30,219 nt of DNA from an uncultured Veillonellaceae bacterium (GTDB lineage: Bacteria; Bacillota; Negativicutes; Veillonellales; Dialisteraceae). The stretch is taken from positions 1 to 30,219 of the forward strand of contig CAUBUJ010000001.1 of the NCBI GenBank assembly GCA_958439155.1, read 5' to 3'. Within the stretch, counting starts at the first letter, position 1. Every line of letters begins with the position of its first letter. Position numbers and translations under genes: made by a program. The notes below the pieces were generated by a model. The model had not been told where the DNA came from. It was given only the letters and a program-made list of their open reading frames with translations, and searched no databases. Positions 28,010 through 30,219 of the stretch are shown here, piece by piece.

Positions 28010-28390
28010 GCGCCATGGGAGAAGGGCGCAGAGTACAAAGCGCAGAGCGCAAAGTGGTGGATGCTTGCCGCATGGGCATTTCGTAGGCCGGGGCGCAGTT
28101 GCCAAAGACTAGTAAGGTAGCGCCCGATAACGACATAAAAATGTCCTTATCCCTCAATTGCCGGACGGGCTGCGGGGTCGTGTGATTCGTCATTTCGCCG
28201 GGGTCAAAGGTCTGAAGTCAAAGGTCAAAGGCGGATGGTGCGTCATGGGAGCGGGCGCAGAGTACAAAGCGCAGAGCGCAAAGTGGTGGATGCCTGCCGC
28301 ATGGGCATTTCGTGGTCCTCAGTCGCCGGACGGGCTGCGGGGATGTGTGATGCGCCATTGTCTTGGAGTCTGAAGTCCGCAGTCTGGAGA
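28010..28390. repeat. Two imperfect tandem copies of a composite non-coding element with heptamer runs
   Basis: 28024-28084 matches 28253-28313 at 60/61 positions, and 28152-28194 matches 28317-28359 at 37/43. Heptamer runs lie at 28028-28055, 28203-28230 and 28368-28388. Confidence 0.9.
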
Positions 28391-28481
28391 CGGAAGAGGA
28401 AAGCGGAGGGGCTTTTATATGCAGATCCGCCGCTGGGGATGACAGGCTGTGCATCCTGGAAACAGCGTACAGGAGCAAAGC

Positions 28482-28565
28482 CTTGAAAATGTGTAAATTC
28501 TGGTGATTAGAAAGCTTGAAAACGTGTAAAATGATGAGGTTTCAATGCCTTGAAAATGTGCTATA
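28482..28565 (+). repeat. Three phased direct repeats CTTGAAAAYGTG(TAAA) overlapping the ATPase promoter
   Basis: Copies start at 28482, 28515 and 28549 (spacing 33 and 34 bp); the third runs into the extended -10 TGcTATACT (28559-28567). Confidence 0.85.
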
Positions 28566-28603
28566 CTGGATATATCGTGCAGAGGGGAGAGAGGAAGTAC
28601 GCT

Positions 28604-29956
28604 ATGAAACGGAAAATCTATGACACCATGCTTGCCTGGAAACAGGAAGACCAGGGGCGCAGCGCGCTTCTGATAGACGGAGCGCGCCGGGTAGGAAAGA
28701 GCTATATCGCGGAAGCTTTTGGGAAGGCAGAATACAAGTCGTACATTCTGGTGGATTTCAACCGGGCTTCCAAAGATGTACTGGATCTTTTTGATCATTA
28801 TCTGAATGACCTGGATACATTTTTCCTCTATCTCTCCAGCTACTACAATGTGCCGCTCTATGAACGGGATTCGCTCATCATCTTTGACGAAGTGCAGCTG
28901 TTCCCAAGAGCCCGCTCAGCGATTAAGTACCTTGTGGCCGATGGACGCTATGATTACATAGAAACCGGATCGCTCATGTCCATCCGGAAAAATGTGGAAC
29001 ATATCCTCATTCCATCAGAAGAACGGCATGTGCGGATGTACCCGCTCGATTTCGAAGAGTTCTTGTGGGCCCTGGATAACCATACCTTGATGGAGCTGAT
29101 TTCCCGTTGCTTCACCGATAGGAAACCGTTGGGGCAGGCACTTCATCGGAAAGCGATGGACTATTTCCGTCAATACCTGGTCGTAGGCGGCATGCCGCAG
29201 GCGGTGGAAGCTTTCGCGGAAAGCAAGAATTTTAGACGTGTGGATCAGGTGAAACGGAATATATTGGAATTCTACCGGGCGGATATAGGAAAACACGCGG
29301 CTGGCTATGACAGTAAAGTACGTCAGATCTTCGACGATATTCCCAGCCAGCTTCAGAACCATGAACGTAAATTCAAACTGTCGTCCCTGAAGAAAGGCGC
29401 ACGCATGCGGGATTATGAAGATGCGCTGTTTTGGCTTTCTGATGCGATGATTGTGAATCTTTGCTACAACTCTACAGCCCCTTCTATCGGTCTGAAACTT
29501 AATACAGACCGGGTATCCTTGAAATGCTACATGGCCGATACAGGCCTTCTTATCAGCCACGCTTTTGATGAAAATGGCATCGTAAGCGAAGAAATCTATA
29601 AAAAACTGCTGTTCAATAAATTGGAAGTGAATCTGGGCATGGTCATCGAAAACATGGCGGCCCAAATGCTGACAGCCGCAGGTCACAAGCTCTATTTCTA
29701 TTCCAATTCATCCAGAGAACGCGCGGAAGACCGAATGGAAATTGATTTTCTCATCGCCAAGCGGCAGATCAGCAATAGGCATAACATCTCTCCTATCGAA
29801 GTGAAATCCAGCAAAGGATTCACCTTCACCTCCCTCAAAAAATTCTGCGCCCGTTTCAAGGAACAGCTTCATACGCCCTTCGTTCTCTATGATGGAGATG
29901 TAAAAGAAGAAAATGGCATCCAGTTCCTTCCGCTCTATATGACGCCGCTTTTGTAA
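28604..29956 (+). CDS. AAA+ ATPase (AAA_14) with C-terminal DUF4143 / PD-(D/E)xK-like domain
   Basis: Walker A GARRVGKS, Walker B IIFDEVQ, ETGS, YPLDFEEFL, VGGMPQAV, YMADTGLL, ENMAAQML, EIDF...PIEVKS; ATG 28604 behind GAGAGGA. Confidence 0.9.
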   Translation: MKRKIYDTMLAWKQEDQGRSALLIDGARRVGKSYIAEAFGKAEYKSYILVDFNRASKDVLDLFDHYLNDLDTFFLYLSSYYNVPLYERDSLIIFDEVQLFPRARSAIKYLVADGRYDYIETGSLMSIRKNVEHILIPSEERHVRMYPLDFEEFLWALDNHTLMELISRCFTDRKPLGQALHRKAMDYFRQYLVVGGMPQAVEAFAESKNFRRVDQVKRNILEFYRADIGKHAAGYDSKVRQIFDDIPSQLQNHERKFKLSSLKKGARMRDYEDALFWLSDAMIVNLCYNSTAPSIGLKLNTDRVSLKCYMADTGLLISHAFDENGIVSEEIYKKLLFNKLEVNLGMVIENMAAQMLTAAGHKLYFYSNSSRERAEDRMEIDFLIAKRQISNRHNISPIEVKSSKGFTFTSLKKFCARFKEQLHTPFVLYDGDVKEENGIQFLPLYMTPLL

Positions 29957-30125
29957 AAAGGGTTTCATCATGTATTGACAAGGATAGGTAATGCGCAATT
30001 TATAAGGGAACTTGTACCATGCTGGATGGTAGTGAAGTGTTGTAAATACTAGTAAAAGATTTTCATGAAAGGAGATTTTAAAGAAATTACTGGGCTCTCT
30101 GTACTCTGCGCTGTTTCCAGGCAGC

Positions 30126-30156
30126 AAAAAAGCCGGCTCTTGGCCGGCCTCTTTTT
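30126..30156 (-). terminator. Terminator of rpmB, probably bidirectional
   Basis: GCCGGC-5 nt-GCCGGC stem flanked by an A run and a T run. Confidence 0.75.
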
Positions 30157-30167
30157 ATGCGGTGTTC

Positions 30168-30219
30168 TTATGCGCGGGTAACCTTACCGGAACGAAGGCA
30201 GCGGGTGCAGACATTCATT
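30168..30219 (-). CDS. rpmB: 50S ribosomal protein L28, 3' end (truncated by the window; not in the ORF track)
   Basis: The minus strand translates to ...MNVCTRCLRSGKVTRA*, the typical C-terminus of zinc-binding Firmicute L28. Confidence 0.92.
   Translation of the reverse strand, partial: MNVCTRCLRSGKVTRA

Noticed and set aside
28158..28486. Short ORFs inside the repeat region (71-94 aa, both strands)
   Set aside because: They are translations of the duplicated element in several frames, with no convincing SD. The 7-nt periodicity is not codon-compatible.
28482..28565. Possible CRISPR array
   Set aside because: The repeats (12-16 nt) and spacers (17-18 nt) are too short, are not palindromic, and have no cas genes nearby. 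Kept as an operator-like array instead.
29957..30125. Possible small ORF or sRNA after the ATPase (TTGACA at 29975, ATG at 30066)
   Set aside because: No -10 is correctly spaced from TTGACA, and the 38-codon ORF lacks an upstream SD and runs through the terminator into rpmB.

Overview
This is a mostly core-genome segment from a Firmicute, probably Negativicutes (Dialister/Veillonellaceae-like). That assignment is inferred from gene order (murA-mbl, dprA-topA-trmFO), lipoprotein solute-binding proteins and sigma-A promoters. Genes in order: trxB, nth, a polar amino-acid ABC operon with an ARG box, lysA, an AT-richer orphan gene, lspA-rluD-DmpA-type peptidase, tRNA-Lys(CTT), thrC-TVP38, ktrB-ktrA, murA and a divergent mbl/mreB, an MFS exporter, a minus-strand GalT/HIT-like + metallophosphoesterase + small-protein operon, a second amino-acid ABC operon with two tandem SBPs and a near-perfect CodY box, dprA-topA-trmFO, an accessory ~2 kb insert, and the 3' end of rpmB. 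The accessory insert is the most unusual region. It holds a composite duplicated non-coding element (heptamer tandem runs plus a GTAG-hairpin module), three phased 16-bp direct repeats, and a standalone AAA+ ATPase with a C-terminal PD-(D/E)xK-like (DUF4143) domain. Also notable are an MreB paralog with substituted catalytic residues, a probable stop-loss caused by a synonymous change in an overlapping gene, and structured leaders before topA and the GalT-like operon. No CRISPR array, transposase or integrase was seen.
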